A DNA stretch of 56,255 nt, counting the filler, from Sphacelaria rigidula (lineage: Eukaryota), in assembly GCA_964200075.2 (NCBI GenBank). It is 5 parts of 5 records of this genome, joined end to end, with 100 filler letters (N's around TTAATTAATTAA, not from the genome) between each part and the next. Parts side by side here need not be neighbours in the genome. Positions count along the whole stretch, not along the records: positions 11,274 to 22,445 come from CAXNAA020005286.1; positions 22,546 to 33,717 come from CAXNAA020005287.1; 3 more parts are not named here. One strand, 5' to 3'. A program made the position numbers and the translations under genes. Below are positions 13,573-25,832 of the stretch, one piece after another. Under the pieces are notes generated by a model. That model saw only the letters and a program-made list of their open reading frames with translations, searched no databases and was not told the origin of the DNA. The first letter of the stretch is position 1; each line of letters begins with the position of its first letter.

Positions 13573-13729
13573 TGTGACAAGCACCACTCACGAATGTCTA
13601 GTCGCCAACATCACAATGTAAAGTAATCCTGCATAGTACCCGGAACTCGAAACAGCTATATCACTAGACTGTTGTACCTTACCCTGACTAGGTGTATCTT
13701 ATTGACCACCCCAGGCCATCCTACGGACA
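13573..13729 (-). repeat. LTR (middle, shared between units)
   Basis: 157 bp, TGT..ACA, ~90% identical to 17235-17390 by manual count (about 15 substitutions, 1 indel). The PBS-side boundary is tentative. Confidence 0.7.
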
Positions 13730-15962
13730 CCCCCCCATTGACTGCGGGTGTCAAAAGTAAGGTTCATGGACCATACTTAGTGAACAAAACTACCCGCCGG
13801 AAAAAGAACTCTTCCGCTCACGGCGCATTCAACAGGTGTATCCTCTCGAGAAATGAATTTCATCAGCAACCGTAAAACAACCGCAAATCCCGAAACTCGT
13901 CACTTCTTTCAACGACTATGGGACCAGCCAAGAATCAAATACATCGGTACATTTTTTTTCACACCAAGACAAAAAAACAAGGATGGATCAGCTGTGTGTT
14001 TCATCACACTGTAGCTCCTGATGGTCAATCCAAGTAAAACGCAAGTCAAATTCTTCAACTGTACTGGCCCATGCCCCTTACAATAGCGTGGGTGGTCGAA
14101 CTTAGCATTCGAGTAACTTGCACTACGCACGCGAGACCAAGCTCCTAGGCAACATATATGAACCCACACAACACAGTGTAGTTGACAACTTTCGAAACTC
14201 GAATCACATGTTGCAAAATCCACTTCACAGTCAGTCAGCTGTCTACGGTACAAGACTCATATTTCCAAATTCAAATTCAGCAATCCATACTACAGTAGTG
14301 CCTGCGTCATCAAGCCAAAGTAGACACTCACTACATCTACTTAACCCGTTATTCCCCCTCGGTGACCGGCGGAGCAAAGCAGCTCAACGCCTCCAGACAA
14401 AACACACGATCAGTATCAGCCCCCCCCCAGTTCTTGGTAATCAAAGTATTTCCCCCCCCTGCTTCTAGGCCACGGGGAAGGAGTGCTGCATTCATCATCC
14501 TTCCCCCGTAGCGGGGAGATTTGCAGCGAGGGGTTGATCTTAATCCTGTTCGGTCACCACCCTCCAAAACCAACCGTCACGTCATGCTCGTCTCAGCGTT
14601 ACAGACAGCACCTATGTTGGACAAAAAGGGTTTTTGGAGGCTCAGCGTCTCACATATCGTGCAGACCCGAGGGGAATGGGCAGTGGGGCAACAGAAAGGA
14701 AAGTATTAATATCCATGTTACGCAGGCGCGTCAATCACCAATCGATGAACATACTTTTACCACGTACCGTACTTTGGTGTCGCGTTACGTTAGTAGCGAA
14801 CGCACACCCACATATTATACCCGGATTCAGCACTATTATTTCAACTCTTCACTCCTCGTTCGCATACCACATATGGATCAATCGGCAGTTCGGCCGCTAC
14901 CACCCTGGTTTCATGAAACAGTAAACTTTGCCTTTTACATGTCGTGTCAACATGTGTAAACCTGTATGGAATTCGCCTGGCCAGCCAACCGAGCAACGAC
15001 CAGCTCCCATATGGGTGATACAATGCACTCTTCTTTTATCATGCTGTGCACATGAACCGCATCTCGCTCATAACGTCAGCTCTATCTATTAGCCATCAAA
15101 TATGGGTCACATGCGTTTTGCTGACCTGTAGCACAGGAATTTCTTTGTGCCCACAGTCACTCTTCCGATATTATCATGATCAGGCCAAGCTACTAGTATT
15201 GCGCTATACTCAGTCCTTGCTCCTACCATAACAACGAAGTCTTATCAACCAATCCAGTCAAGAAGCCGATGCCTCGCGAATCCTACACCTCTCGGAATGA
15301 TAACAACTTTTTCACTTAGATGTCGAGTTTCGGAACCCACCTCAAATTTTGTGGTCTCAACCATCATTCATCCGCATACCCCTCTGCGGAACATTTTACC
15401 GACATCACCCTCTAGTCTAGTCAGACAATGGTGCCCCACGTGCCTGTACTCACCAAGGCGACGAACAATGTTCCACCTCAACCGATCGAGTGAGGGTGTG
15501 GTGCCCCACAGTCCTGCGCTCATCGGGGTGGCAACAATGTTACACATAAGCGTTGAGTTTCGGCATCCATGTCAAAACATGTTCTCAACGCACTTCACGC
15601 ACTTCACTCTGTGCAATTTTACCGACACCGTTCCACAGTCAAGTCAAGTCGCGGTGCCCCGCTCTCCTCACACTTACAAAAACGGCAGACGATGTTCTAC
15701 TCATCAATCGAGTCAAAACAAGCGCGCAAAGCAACTCTGCACTCATCGAGACAGAAATTCGTCAAACATCAACACTGAGTTTCGGTGTCCATATCAAAAG
15801 TATGATCTCAGCATTGTCCAGAGATATCCAACATCTCGATCCATCTAGGCATCAACCTTCCCTTGGGAACATGAATCATTATCTGCATGATGGCCACGAA
15901 CACTCAAAACATAAAAAACAAAGGGGTATTTGAATCATGCATAGGTCTGACGCCATCATTTT

Positions 15963-16994
15963 TCAAAAGGCTTCTGCGTCCGCTTCCGAACATACTGAAG
16001 AATCGCTACTACCCGACGACCGTACTGTCATCGCTGTATCTTCGTTTTCTCCTATATTACAATCCTGATAAGAGTGTCCCTTTTTTCCGCATCTCGTACA
16101 ATGTCGTTCCGGACAGTCACGCGCGAAGTGTGTTGTTTGCTTCCGGAAAATCCAACATCGCCTCTCCTTCGCAGAACCATTTTCACGCCCGTCTCGTTTT
16201 GAATCCCCCGTACTTCCCGAGGTCCCTTGTAATTTTCTCTTCCGACTACCCTTGCCACTGTTCTGCCCAACCAACGAGATCTGTTCACCACCAGTCAACG
16301 GCGCATAATACTCTTCCAATGCTCGCCACGCCACAGACGATCCCTTACAGGAGTAGACGGTTTGCTTCACATGCTTATCCTTTATGGAACTCACCAATCC
16401 CGCCCACAAGAGTCTGTACATCTGGATTTCCTGTGGTGCTAATCCCTGACTAACCAAATCCTCGTTACCCGCACCGTGAACCTGAATGTTTCGTGTGTCT
16501 CGTAGGGCGCTCATAAAACCTACTGCACTGACTTGTGTCAGGAAATCATCACGGAATAACGGCCAATTTCCCTCCTGACCATCAAACTTTTCATCGACAC
16601 GGAAACAATTCTTCACGCCTATATGGGGGTAGTAAGCCGGGGATTCCTCGTTCGTGCTTACATGGGCGGATCCATCGCCCGTGGATCCTTGGAGAGGGCC
16701 TGATACAATCCCTCCGCGTGGTGACCGGACCCTCCCTGTTCCGGCACCGGCGACGTTGTGCCTTCCGTCGCCTGCCTCCCCCTCCTCGTCCGCTGCCGCT
16801 CCGGGGCCAGTGGACGTTGTCCCGCGCACTAACTGGGACACCATCATCGTCTTCAGCTCCGCCAACTGCTCGGTGATATCCGCCATCGAGTCTTGCAAGC
16901 TGGCGACATTCTCTTTCACCTCCAGCATCTCCGTTGGAGACGATGTGTCTCCTACGACAGCCGAGTGTCTTTCCGCAGTGCTCCAGTCCGCCAT
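15963..16994 (-). CDS. gag: Gag, second copy, with in-frame 288-bp internal deletion
   Basis: Open from ATG 16994 to stop 15963. Joins QISLVG directly to QNSGKG. Second knuckle CTRCGKKGHSYQDC intact; first knuckle has C->F. Confidence 0.8.
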   Translation of the reverse strand: MADWSTAERHSAVVGDTSSPTEMLEVKENVASLQDSMADITEQLAELKTMMVSQLVRGTTSTGPGAAADEEGEAGDGRHNVAGAGTGRVRSPRGGIVSGPLQGSTGDGSAHVSTNEESPAYYPHIGVKNCFRVDEKFDGQEGNWPLFRDDFLTQVSAVGFMSALRDTRNIQVHGAGNEDLVSQGLAPQEIQMYRLLWAGLVSSIKDKHVKQTVYSCKGSSVAWRALEEYYAPLTGGEQISLVGQNSGKGSRKRKLQGTSGSTGDSKRDGRENGSAKERRCWIFRKQTTHFARDCPERHCTRCGKKGHSYQDCNIGENEDTAMTVRSSGSSDSSVCSEADAEAF

Positions 16995-17234
16995 CGGTCC
17001 CTTGGCCACAGAGCTCCCAAGTTGGATAGGGTTTGGCTCTAGAGTGTTTGTAGCTTCGTGACCCCGTGAGAGGATGGGGTACAGACTCGACTCAGGCAGT
17101 CGATCAATGGACACGACGGCAATAGTCGATCAATGGACACCGCTGACTGCCGATCAAGATGAGGTAGAAATGTATATGAAGCTTTGTTGATGAAGAGGGA
17201 AGGAAGGGGAGTGGGCCCAGTAGGCGCCACAGGA

Positions 17235-17390
17235 TGTGACAAGCACCACTCACGTATGTCCAGTCACTAACATCACAATATAAAGTCATTCCGCGTAGTA
17301 CCTGGAACTCAAACAGGTATATCACTAGACTGTTGTACCTTACCCTGACTAGGTGTATCTTACTGAACACCGCAGGCCATCCTACGAACA
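17235..17390 (-). repeat. 5' LTR of Gag-only element
   Basis: 156 bp. Similarity to the other copy ends exactly at ..GAACA 17390. Confidence 0.7.
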
Positions 17391-17899
17391 GAACCCTGCG
17401 ACGATGAGTTGGCAGAAGTGTGGCCGCTGACAGGAAGAGGAATTCCCCACGTGCGGCTACCGGCCCAGGGGGTGGAGGACAGTCAACAACCAGCAGAGGC
17501 GGCGGAATATCCACTACCGCTGGATGCTTCATCAGCATCAGCATCATCATCCAGAGGCGAGTCGTCATCAACACCGCCCTCCTCATCTCTCGACGACCGA
17601 TCAGCATCTGCGTCACCAACATCTCGCAGCAGCACATCATCAGCACCTGCATCGTCCTCCAGTAACAGCAGCGACGCCATTCCTGATGGAGAAGGTGTGC
17701 CAGCGCAAACACGCAACGCGCTGAGACAGCTCGAGGTGTACAACGTGAGTCCACATGACGATGAAGAATGCAGGGAGGGCAGGACGCGAGCACCAAGCGC
17801 GGGCGCTGAATCAGCAGCAAGGGATCGGTTTGCTAACTTCGCTGGGGCCCATCAACGGGGACCAAACCTTGCGTGCGCTGATTGCTAAGCAGAGAACAT

Positions 17900-19450
17900 T
17901 GAAGAAGAAGCCGAACGAGATACCTGCCGAACATGCCAAAGAGCCAGAGCCCACAACGATTGCCGAAGCCCGCGCCTCTGCACATGCTAACCTTTGGGAG
18001 GGGGCTATGAATTTAGAGTTCGAGGGGTTGCTTGCAGCAGGGACTTTTACCTTATTAGGATCAGTTCCGGAAGGGAGTAACATAGTGAACGCTAGATGGA
18101 TTTTCAAGTGGAAAACTGATGTCAACGGCGAAATCTTGAAGGCAAAGGCTAGGCTTGGAGCAAAAGGTTTTAGCCAACGGTACGAGATTGTACAATTTGT
18201 CTCCTCGTAGCGTTTGCAAACGCGTATGGATGGGGTCTTAGTCATTTCGACATCGAGCAGGCGTTCATTCAGTCGGATTTGGACTATGAGATATATACGA
18301 GGCTGCCCCCACGTTGCGGATCAATGTCAGGAAAAATTGTCCGCCTTAACAGATCCATTTATGGATTTAAAAATAGAGTGCCAGAAAATTCTACAAACTG
18401 TTAGTGTCGAGACTTGTGAAAATTGGTTTCGAACAGTACCTGTCGGATCCATGCATATTGCGATTGCTAGTGGATGGTAAGTTGGTTGGAGCAGTCGTTT
18501 TGCATGTAGATGATATCATTTTTGGCGGGGCAAGTAGTGTGCGTAAGATAGTGGTGGAAGCACTAAATGACACACTGCCAACTAAGCATTTGGGCGATCT
18601 CATATGGTACATGGGAGTGGAGTACAAGCGTGACAAGGAAAACAGGGTGATCGAATTGTCGCAGACAAGTTACATTAGAAGCGTACTTGCACGTTTTGAT
18701 ATTTGCCGCTCCAGCTCTATTCCCGCCTCTACTTCTATGAATCTCAGGTCCGTGAATGAAGACAAAGGTGTCAAGGATGTGCCGTTTCGCGAAATGGTGG
18801 GTTGTTTGATGTGGATTGCCAATCAAACCAGACCTGACATCTCGAACGCAGTGAGGGCCGTGGCGCGACACTCGCACGATCCGAAGGAAACCACGCTGGA
18901 AGGCAGTACGATTGATTTTCGAGTACTTGCATTCAACGGCGGACCTAGGGCTGACATATCGTGTAGGACCTGGTGTAGACATAAGAACAACAGTGTATGT
19001 GGATGCGGTCTACGGGAAGGATAACGAGGCGAGGAAATCGGTATCGGGTGGTGCAGTGTTGTGCGGTAGATTACCAGTAGCATGGTACTCCAGGACGCAG
19101 AAGAGCGTTACACTTTCGACCACGGAAGCAGAGTATGTGGCTATGGGGGATGGTGTCAAAGAAGCTTTGTTTGTAGACGGCATTGTGAATTTTCTATTAG
19201 TTGACAGGAAAGCAAGGACCATCAGGGTGTTGGAGGATAACGAGGGTGCGGTTGCTTTAGCTGAAAATCCAATAATCTCGTCGAACAGCAAGCATATAGA
19301 TATTCGTCATCATTTTCCGAGGGAGTTAGTGGACAATAAGAGGATAACGTTGGAACACGTACGGAGTAACGAGCAACACGCTGATATTCTGACCAAAGCG
19401 TTACCTCGCGGAGCTTTCGTCCACCATTGAAATGTTTTGTCGGGTATTGA
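17900..19450 (+). pseudogene. pol: Copia pol (RVT_2 reverse transcriptase + RNase H), frameshifted
   Basis: Pieces in ORFs 17755-18210, 18404-19024 and 18912-19430, plus an intervening frame. Confidence 0.9.
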
Positions 19451-19533
19451 GTGAAGCAATATCTATTTGTTGAGAGTTCTGAGAGTTGATCAAAGAAAAC
19501 TACTTGTTGATGTAGCAAATGCCCAAGGGAGGG

Positions 19534-19840
19534 TGTTGGTATATTGGTCAATTCTGCATCCGCAGATATCTTTCGGGGTAGTGTAAGATATGTTTCTTCG
19601 GAAGTCTCCGTAGAAAGGAATGTTATCCACAACAAGAGTGAGAATGTTCCACGGGACATTTATATGGCCCGCGGGAGATGCTGTAGACTGAGAATATCCC
19701 GCGGGACATTTGTATGGCCCACGGGAAATTGACTTGATGTGTGGTTCTCGGCATTGTAGGTGGGAGATATTGATCCCCTCGAGGGTCACTGTCTTTTGTT
19801 TCCCGATAATAAGCTATTTCTTCTTCATTCATTGTGAACA
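19534..19840 (+). repeat. Copia 3' LTR (~307 bp)
   Basis: Starts TGTT right after the PPT; likely ends AACA at 19840. Contains a ~37-bp motif repeated at 50-bp spacing (about 19640 and 19690). Confidence 0.65.
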
Positions 19841-20616
19841 AGCTGCCGGGGCAGGCAGCGATCTATGGACAGATCCAAGACAGAGAAAAGGATCTTCAAG
19901 TGAAAAAGGGTTCGAAATGAAATCTACCTCATCCCATGGATCGTTTCGTAGTCTCGGTTGTGTGTACATCCGAAAATGCAACCAGAGAACACACGATGGG
20001 GTGATCACGGGATGCATCTCGCCCTATTGGACACCGTATAAGGGTGTGTCTACATAAACGGGTTTTCGTTCGATCGAAAGAAAGCGGCGGAATCGGTCCG
20101 CTAGGTTGGCAGGGCTTTGCCCCGAGCTAAATCGCCAAGGCAGATTTGAAACTATGCGCTGGGAAGCATGACGCGGCGAAAATTTAGCCATGAATAAATC
20201 ATCTATCTGACTTTCGGCCGGTTTGGTTCCGTGAAAGTGTCCTGTTTTTATTCTTTGCTGTAGTCGTGCCGGGAGCTGCGAGGTGAGTGTTGCGGCTGTG
20301 GATGAGCTAGAATTGCGCGGTTCCTTTTGCATAATGACGTACGAGGAGGTGATCTAATAATGCTGTTGTGATCTGAGGGAGCATTGCGTTGTAGTTACCA
20401 TTCGTGCTTCATGCCGTACTTCTTCTATCGACAAATGTATCATTTTCCTCGTCGACCTTTCCGGCCGTACACGAATGGCCATGAGAAGTAGCTGGAGTCA
20501 TCTAGGGAAAAAACGGTGAACCTAACAGATCAACATTGCAAATTTCCGCAACATTTCCGCCACTCTAATTCGATCGACAACAAACTTTTATATGCATACC
20601 CCAGGGGAAGAGAAGA

Positions 20617-21156
20617 CTTCCTCTGTCCCATAAGTAGAGGTACCTAAATTTGCACGGGCCCTTAACGATATCCGTTTTCTTTTTTTTAATAAACTCTACA
20701 GTGTTTTTTGGGTTAAGAAAATGTGCTTAAAATTTGCCGCTTGTGCTTGAACCATGCCGCCGAACGGCTGCAGAAAAAGTAGTCGCCCCCAAAATGGCAG
20801 TTTTTTCGCCCCTTTCCGAGGGGGAAAAAAGTGGCGATTTTTTTTTTTTAATTTTTTTTATTCGCCCCCGCCTTCACTGGGGCTTGCTGCCAGGAAGTCC
20901 CACGCGATTGAAAAAGATCAAAGAAAAAAGATCGACACGTTTTTTCCCCTCGGAAAGCGGCAAAAAACGGCCATGTTGGGGGCGACTACGTTTTTTGCAG
21001 CCGTTCGGCGGCATGGTTCAAGCACGAGCTGAAAGTTTTAAACGCATTTTGTTAACCCAAAAAACACCGTAGTGTTTATTATAATAAAAAAAAACGATCG
21101 GACATTATCAAGGGTCCGTACAAATTTAGGCACCTTTGCGTATGGGACAGAGGAAG
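20617..21156. mobile_element. Foldback MITE with Stowaway/Tc1-mariner-like termini
   Basis: Arms of ~250 bp are imperfect reverse complements (CTTCCTCTGTCCCATA..TATGGGACAGAGGAAG). TA flanks the right end, GA the left. Confidence 0.8.
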
Positions 21157-22334
21157 TATACCCTTTTTGTAAACAATGGGCTGGTGTGATGAGCCAGCCT
21201 ATGAACTCCAGAACAAATGAAATATCGAATGTGTCGATATTTTGCATCGAATAGGAGCCATATACCCGAGTTATATCTGAATACCACAAATGATCAGACC
21301 CTGCATGAGCGTTACACTTCATTGAAACACCACATATATGACGATATTTCGCACACCAAAGGACTTACAGGCTGGTTCACGCTTATCACCCAAAATCGTG
21401 TCGTCAGCAAATGCCTTTCGCAACACCTACCCAGTAGCCGCATACATGATATTATACTGACCGCCAGCTGAAGAGCATGAAATAGCCGGATTTGTATGTA
21501 AGGCCATAGTGAGTGATAGCGCTCATAAGGGCAAAATAGTATATCGATCAATCAGCGCCCGCCAACTTGTTCCGAGATCGGAATGACGAATTCCAACCCC
21601 AATTTTCACCCAATCTCTACACGCTTCAAATCGTAGTAACCGTCATCGACTCGGGAATCTAACGAAAAAACATATTTTAAAATGGATACTACGGGGGTCG
21701 AATTATACTTTTGCAAGCGTGATGTTTTGGTGATGTCGGGGTTGACAATATTTTACTGTTTTTCCGTTCTCGATCGGCTTCAAGGGGTCCTAGTATGAAG
21801 ACCCCCGGAAGGCAGTACAGGATGCCCTAAGAGATGCGTAATAAAATGATGCCTCCCGGGAAGGTCCAAAGAAGACATGTACAAAAATTGGTGGAGAAAT
21901 TCGAAAACCTCATACAGTTTTTCTTGCCTTGACGTAAAATTCACCCCCAAAACGTTTGCATACAAAAACCAAGTAGTCAGGAGTTGCACGTTTCACGTCC
22001 ACGTCCTCCACAAACGCGCAAACCTTCACGCCGTTATTACGAGTTAGACCCTGACTCTGCACGGACATGTAATGTGTCACTACGCAACTTTTTACGGACG
22101 GTGTTTTTATACTCCTCGATTTTTTCACCGATTTTCGGGGGTCCGACGGGATCCAAGTCGTTTTTCGAAGTACAGTAGTCTCCACTGTGGGACCCCGGAA
22201 AACTGGCACCACGCTATTTTTTTTCAGTTCTACGCAAACAATTCGTTGCCGCATAACCCAAGGAAGGGCCCCACGAAATTTCAGGGCTCTTTACGTTACA
22301 CGCCACAAACGTACGTCACAAGGGTGTGACGTAG

Positions 22335-22445
22335 ACACTTTCTACGATAGCCCCCCCCCAAAACCAGCTAAAAGTGTGACGAAAAAAATGGCCATACAGC
22401 GCCTGATGTTCGGGTTCAGTGTGCACAAAGCGCCTTATATTGGCG
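22335..22445. repeat. Partial MITE at contig end, same family as 25592-25832
   Basis: CTTTCTACGATAGC..CAAAACCAGCTAAAAGTGTGACGAAAAAAATGGCCATACAGCGCCTG aligns with 25592-25700. Confidence 0.7.
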
Positions 22446-22545
22446 NNNNNNNNNNNNNNNNNNNNNNNNNNNNNNNNNNNNNNNNNNNNTTAATTAATTA
22501 ANNNNNNNNNNNNNNNNNNNNNNNNNNNNNNNNNNNNNNNNNNNN
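22446..22545. other. Artificial contig-join spacer
   Basis: N44-TTAATTAATTAA-N44. Confidence 0.98.
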
Positions 22546-23721
22546 CTAAAGCTCCAAAAAGACATTTTTCTGGGTTTTAATTTTTGTCTATTATAGGAAG
22601 CGGCCTTATGGAAAAAACGAGTTTGGCCAAAAACGAAACCGTGACCTGCGGGAAACGCAAAGGTGCTCTGGGACCGTCTCAGCGAGTAGAGCAAGTCATA
22701 CCAAAGTGTTAACAGCCACCTAGTTCCCTTTCCGGGGAAAAACGACGGAGAAGCACCAAAAATGCACTTTTCAACAAGTTTTATTTTTCGATACAGAAGA
22801 AGTAGCCTAAGGATGTATCTTCGCACATTTCTTTTTAATCGAAAAAAGGGGGCGGTGGAGTTGATTTGAGCGGAATTCGTTCATTTTTCTCGAGCTGAGT
22901 CGAAGCGAATTTTCAAGCTTTCGATCGAAAAAAAACCGTGAAATTCGCGAATCGGGTCTATGGTCGCTTGTGTACACTAGTAGAGTCTGTACTACCTGCA
23001 CTGTTTGCATGTAGTGTGTCCTGCATGTGTGTGTGTGGGGGGGGGGTTCGTACAGTAGGATGTGGAAGAGAAGAAGGCAACGGCACTACAGACAGCGCAA
23101 GAATATATGTTGTCTCTGCTTACGATGCGACGTGTACGCAAGTCGGTTGCCCACTCTACCACGCAGTTCCGTCGCTGATCCCTACCATGGAAGATGCGCA
23201 AGTTTTCGCCAAGAAGAAATAAGTAAAGCACACACAATAACTGCTGCAGTGTATCTATCCCCTGTGCTTATCTCGCGCCCTGTGCTGCAGGATTGTTGTG
23301 GTAGCTGAGAATGAGTTGTGTGGAGTTTGCATGGTTCTGTGAACAGGTGGTATCTGGCGTGGTGGTGTGTAAGATAGTCAAGTGCGCCCCTTCGTGACTT
23401 TCGATCGCATGTTTTCGATCGAAAAAGCTACATGGCTTCATTATTCTTCACTTCTTTTCCGCGTGCCACTGATCGTGAAAAATATTTGAAGCCAACTAGG
23501 AATGGAAATGCGGTGGAGCTATCAGATCGCAATTTTTCTTTTCCACCGCACCTTTTCGATCGAGAAAAAATGTGCCGAAGACACGCGTTAATCATGTCTC
23601 TATTAAGCTTGATTCTTACGAAGACGTTTCTCATGAGCGGGCCGGCTCTGTACAACTAGGGCGAAAGATTTCCGGCCAGACCGACGTCGGTCGCTTTCGC
23701 CCACATTTCTACGCGTGAGCA

Positions 23722-23968
23722 ATGCTATGGTAGGGGTGCACTTTTTTCGCGAAATTATGTCTAGCTCAGGGGCTCCTAACGGTTCTAGATGCACAAAAAT
23801 ATGGGTCAGGGCACCCCTATTTTCAAATTCATCCGAGATATCCCCAGCACATTGGAATAGTAATCCTGGCGTACTTTCACATATTTCAATAGGTCGTGTT
23901 TTGCATGAGAGAAAGGGCTCCTAACAATTCTAACCTCAGAAAATATTTGTGCACCCCTACCGTAGCAT
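23722..23968. mobile_element. Small TIR element (MITE-like)
   Basis: ATGCTATGGTAGGGGTGCAC (23722-23741) is inverted at 23949-23968 with 1 mismatch; no clear TSD. Confidence 0.5.
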
Positions 23969-24571
23969 CACTCGCGTGTTTGCCTCCTGCTCGTTGAATA
24001 CAGCACTACAGTGTTGAGCCGTACGCCAACACACCGAGTCTTGTTTGCACGTCATGTGCTTTTTCCAAGTACGGGGAGCGATGCGAAAAAACTTGCGTGA
24101 TGGGTGTAACAGTGTTGTCGTGAGAATGAGAGTAGAGCGCTGATTGAGAGTGGCTTTGATCATTCGCTTCAACTTGGCTGTACTTTTCTCTACTTCCATC
24201 ATTTTCGTGTACTTACAGCTATTGTACACATCGATATCCTATAGTCAGGGATATCAAGGGCCTCAGCGGCCAGCTACTACAGAAAGCATATTGGGCCTCG
24301 TGGAGGGGCATTTCGGAACTGAAATGATTTATTCACCAAGTGAGCACTCCTCACTCTCAGTCATATCCTCTACCGGCTGATGCGCCCCATATACCGAAAG
24401 GTGTAGACCGGCGTCCAGAATAGATGAGACGACAACACACACACTCTCAATCTCACGAAAACACCCTTGTGTGCAGTTCAACTCGTCGTGTAATGCCGAA
24501 GTATAGTCAGCGGATGCGACACATGCAAACATGTGGCCGAAACTTTCAAACATATCAAAATCTTCACTCAC

Positions 24572-25040
24572 CGACTCCACCGTGCAATACCCAGCATCCG
24601 ACAAACGCTGGACGTCGTTTCGATTAATGCCGTGTGCCTCCAATTCCGTGATGTGGTGAAAGGCAGCTACGACCTGAGGAATTTGAAACAATTTTTACAC
24701 CGAGAAGGAGAACAGCACGACAGCAAGCCGGGATTCCAAAAACATGAGGAGCATGACCTACCAGCGTTGCGCTACCTCAGAAGCAGCAAAGTCTGTGCGT
24801 TGTCAGAACGCAGCAACTGGCCGGTCTGCAACCACCATCCCACGCGAGTAGTGACTCTTCATCTCCTACACAGACAGTACAGCACAGATAGTCGGTGCGG
24901 TACACTTAGCTCACAGTACGCTTACGCCACTTCGAAGTAAATGCCAACTCTCCCCTAGATCCAGACAGTTCGCGCACCTCCTCAGTTGTTTCACCAGTTT
25001 GAATTTCTCCACTTTGTTCCATCTCCTGCTGGGCCGACAT
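24572..25040 (-). CDS. RAD51: DNA repair recombinase RAD51, exons 1-2 (remaining exons not found in this contig)
   Basis: Exon 1 25040-24978 (MSAQQEMEQSGEIQTGETTEE|GTGCGC); exon 2 24673-24572 (VVAAFHHITELEAHGINRNDVQRLSDAGYCTVES|GTGAGT). Matches the RAD51/DMC1 N-terminal domain start; DMC1 cannot be fully excluded. Confidence 0.8.
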
Positions 25041-25591
25041 GATGAAGGAGCTCTGTAAGATTTAGCGGCAACCGTCGGTTCGATGAAAAGGCGGGTACTG
25101 CTACGACACGGCACTATTCCTATGTCTGTGTTCTGTAACGCACTCGAAACGCCAGCAGTGGCGTATGGCGAGCTGCTTAGGTGGCGCGGTAGGCGATTTT
25201 GAATTTGCAAATTTGCATCGAAGAGAGTGCTACGCTTTGCGGAGGTCATACTTCATTCATCGTAACTGTCAGGGCAATGTGACATGATGAAGACCACCGA
25301 GAACTATCCGAAGAGGGCGTTGGCTCTAATACATGAAGCTTCCACTGGAAGGTGTCCATGTGTTTCTTGCTTTGATCGGTGGTGGCGTGCTTCTTCGATC
25401 ACTCCATTAGACGCGATCAATCATGGTGATCGGCCCGCAATCAAGGGCAGCGATCCTGGCTAATGAGCGCTATCGAAAGTTCCCCAAAGAAGGTAAGCGC
25501 GGGCTATGCGCGGGTGACAGTAGCGCACCGTGATAAGCTCGCATCTGCACCCCATACGATGAGGGTCGTCGAGAGACGGAGGCCTTGGAGT

Positions 25592-25832
25592 CTTTCTGCG
25601 ATAGCTCCCCTTCAAAACCAGCCCAAAACTGTCACGAAGAAAATGGTCATACACCGCCTGGTGCATAGTTTCAGGCTGCATGAAACGCCTCATATAAGCG
25701 ACTTTGGCGAAAACGAAACCATGCGTGGGGATTCCCAGCTGCTCGTTCTGTTCGGCTTTTTTCATCTCAATTTAGGTGAAGATTTCGTCTCCCCAAACCA
25801 GCCACCTTTTGGGGGGACGCTATCGTAGAAAG
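25592..25832. mobile_element. MITE (~240 bp)
   Basis: TIRs CTTTCTGCGATAGC / GCTATCGTAGAAAG; related copy at 22335-22445. Confidence 0.65.

Larger units (their letters stand above)
11274..17390 (-). mobile_element. Tandem (shared-LTR) pair of a non-autonomous Gag-only LTR retroelement
   Basis: 11274-13729 repeats 15221-17390. Short TGT..ACA LTRs at 17235-17390 and 13573-13729. Purine tract (G7 on minus strand, 13730-13736) directly precedes the middle LTR. Candidate PBS TGGCGCC follows each LTR. Each unit carries gag with no recognisable pol. Confidence 0.8.
17391..19840 (+). mobile_element. Truncated, decayed Ty1/copia retrotransposon (INT-RT linker, RT, RNase H, PPT, 3' LTR)
   Basis: RWIFKWK..KAKARLGAKGFSQ, HFDIEQAF, VLHVDDII, TRPDISNAV, STTEAEY, KHIDIRHHF and ADILTKAL lie in several frames with frameshifts. 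PPT AAGGGAGGG at 19525-19533 is followed by TGTT..AACA. Confidence 0.92.

Noticed and set aside
12009-19450. Single retroelement with divergent gag and pol
   Set aside because: The gag units have their own LTR/PPT set, distinct from the copia LTR; nesting is simpler.
20042-20602. MITE with GGG..CCC ends and TTCGATCGA motifs
   Set aside because: The inverted ends are too degenerate and there is no TSD; may be real but unsupported.
23957-24229. RAD51 exon 3 (KMMEVEKSTAKLK)
   Set aside because: Lacks the KGISE motif and a suitable acceptor.
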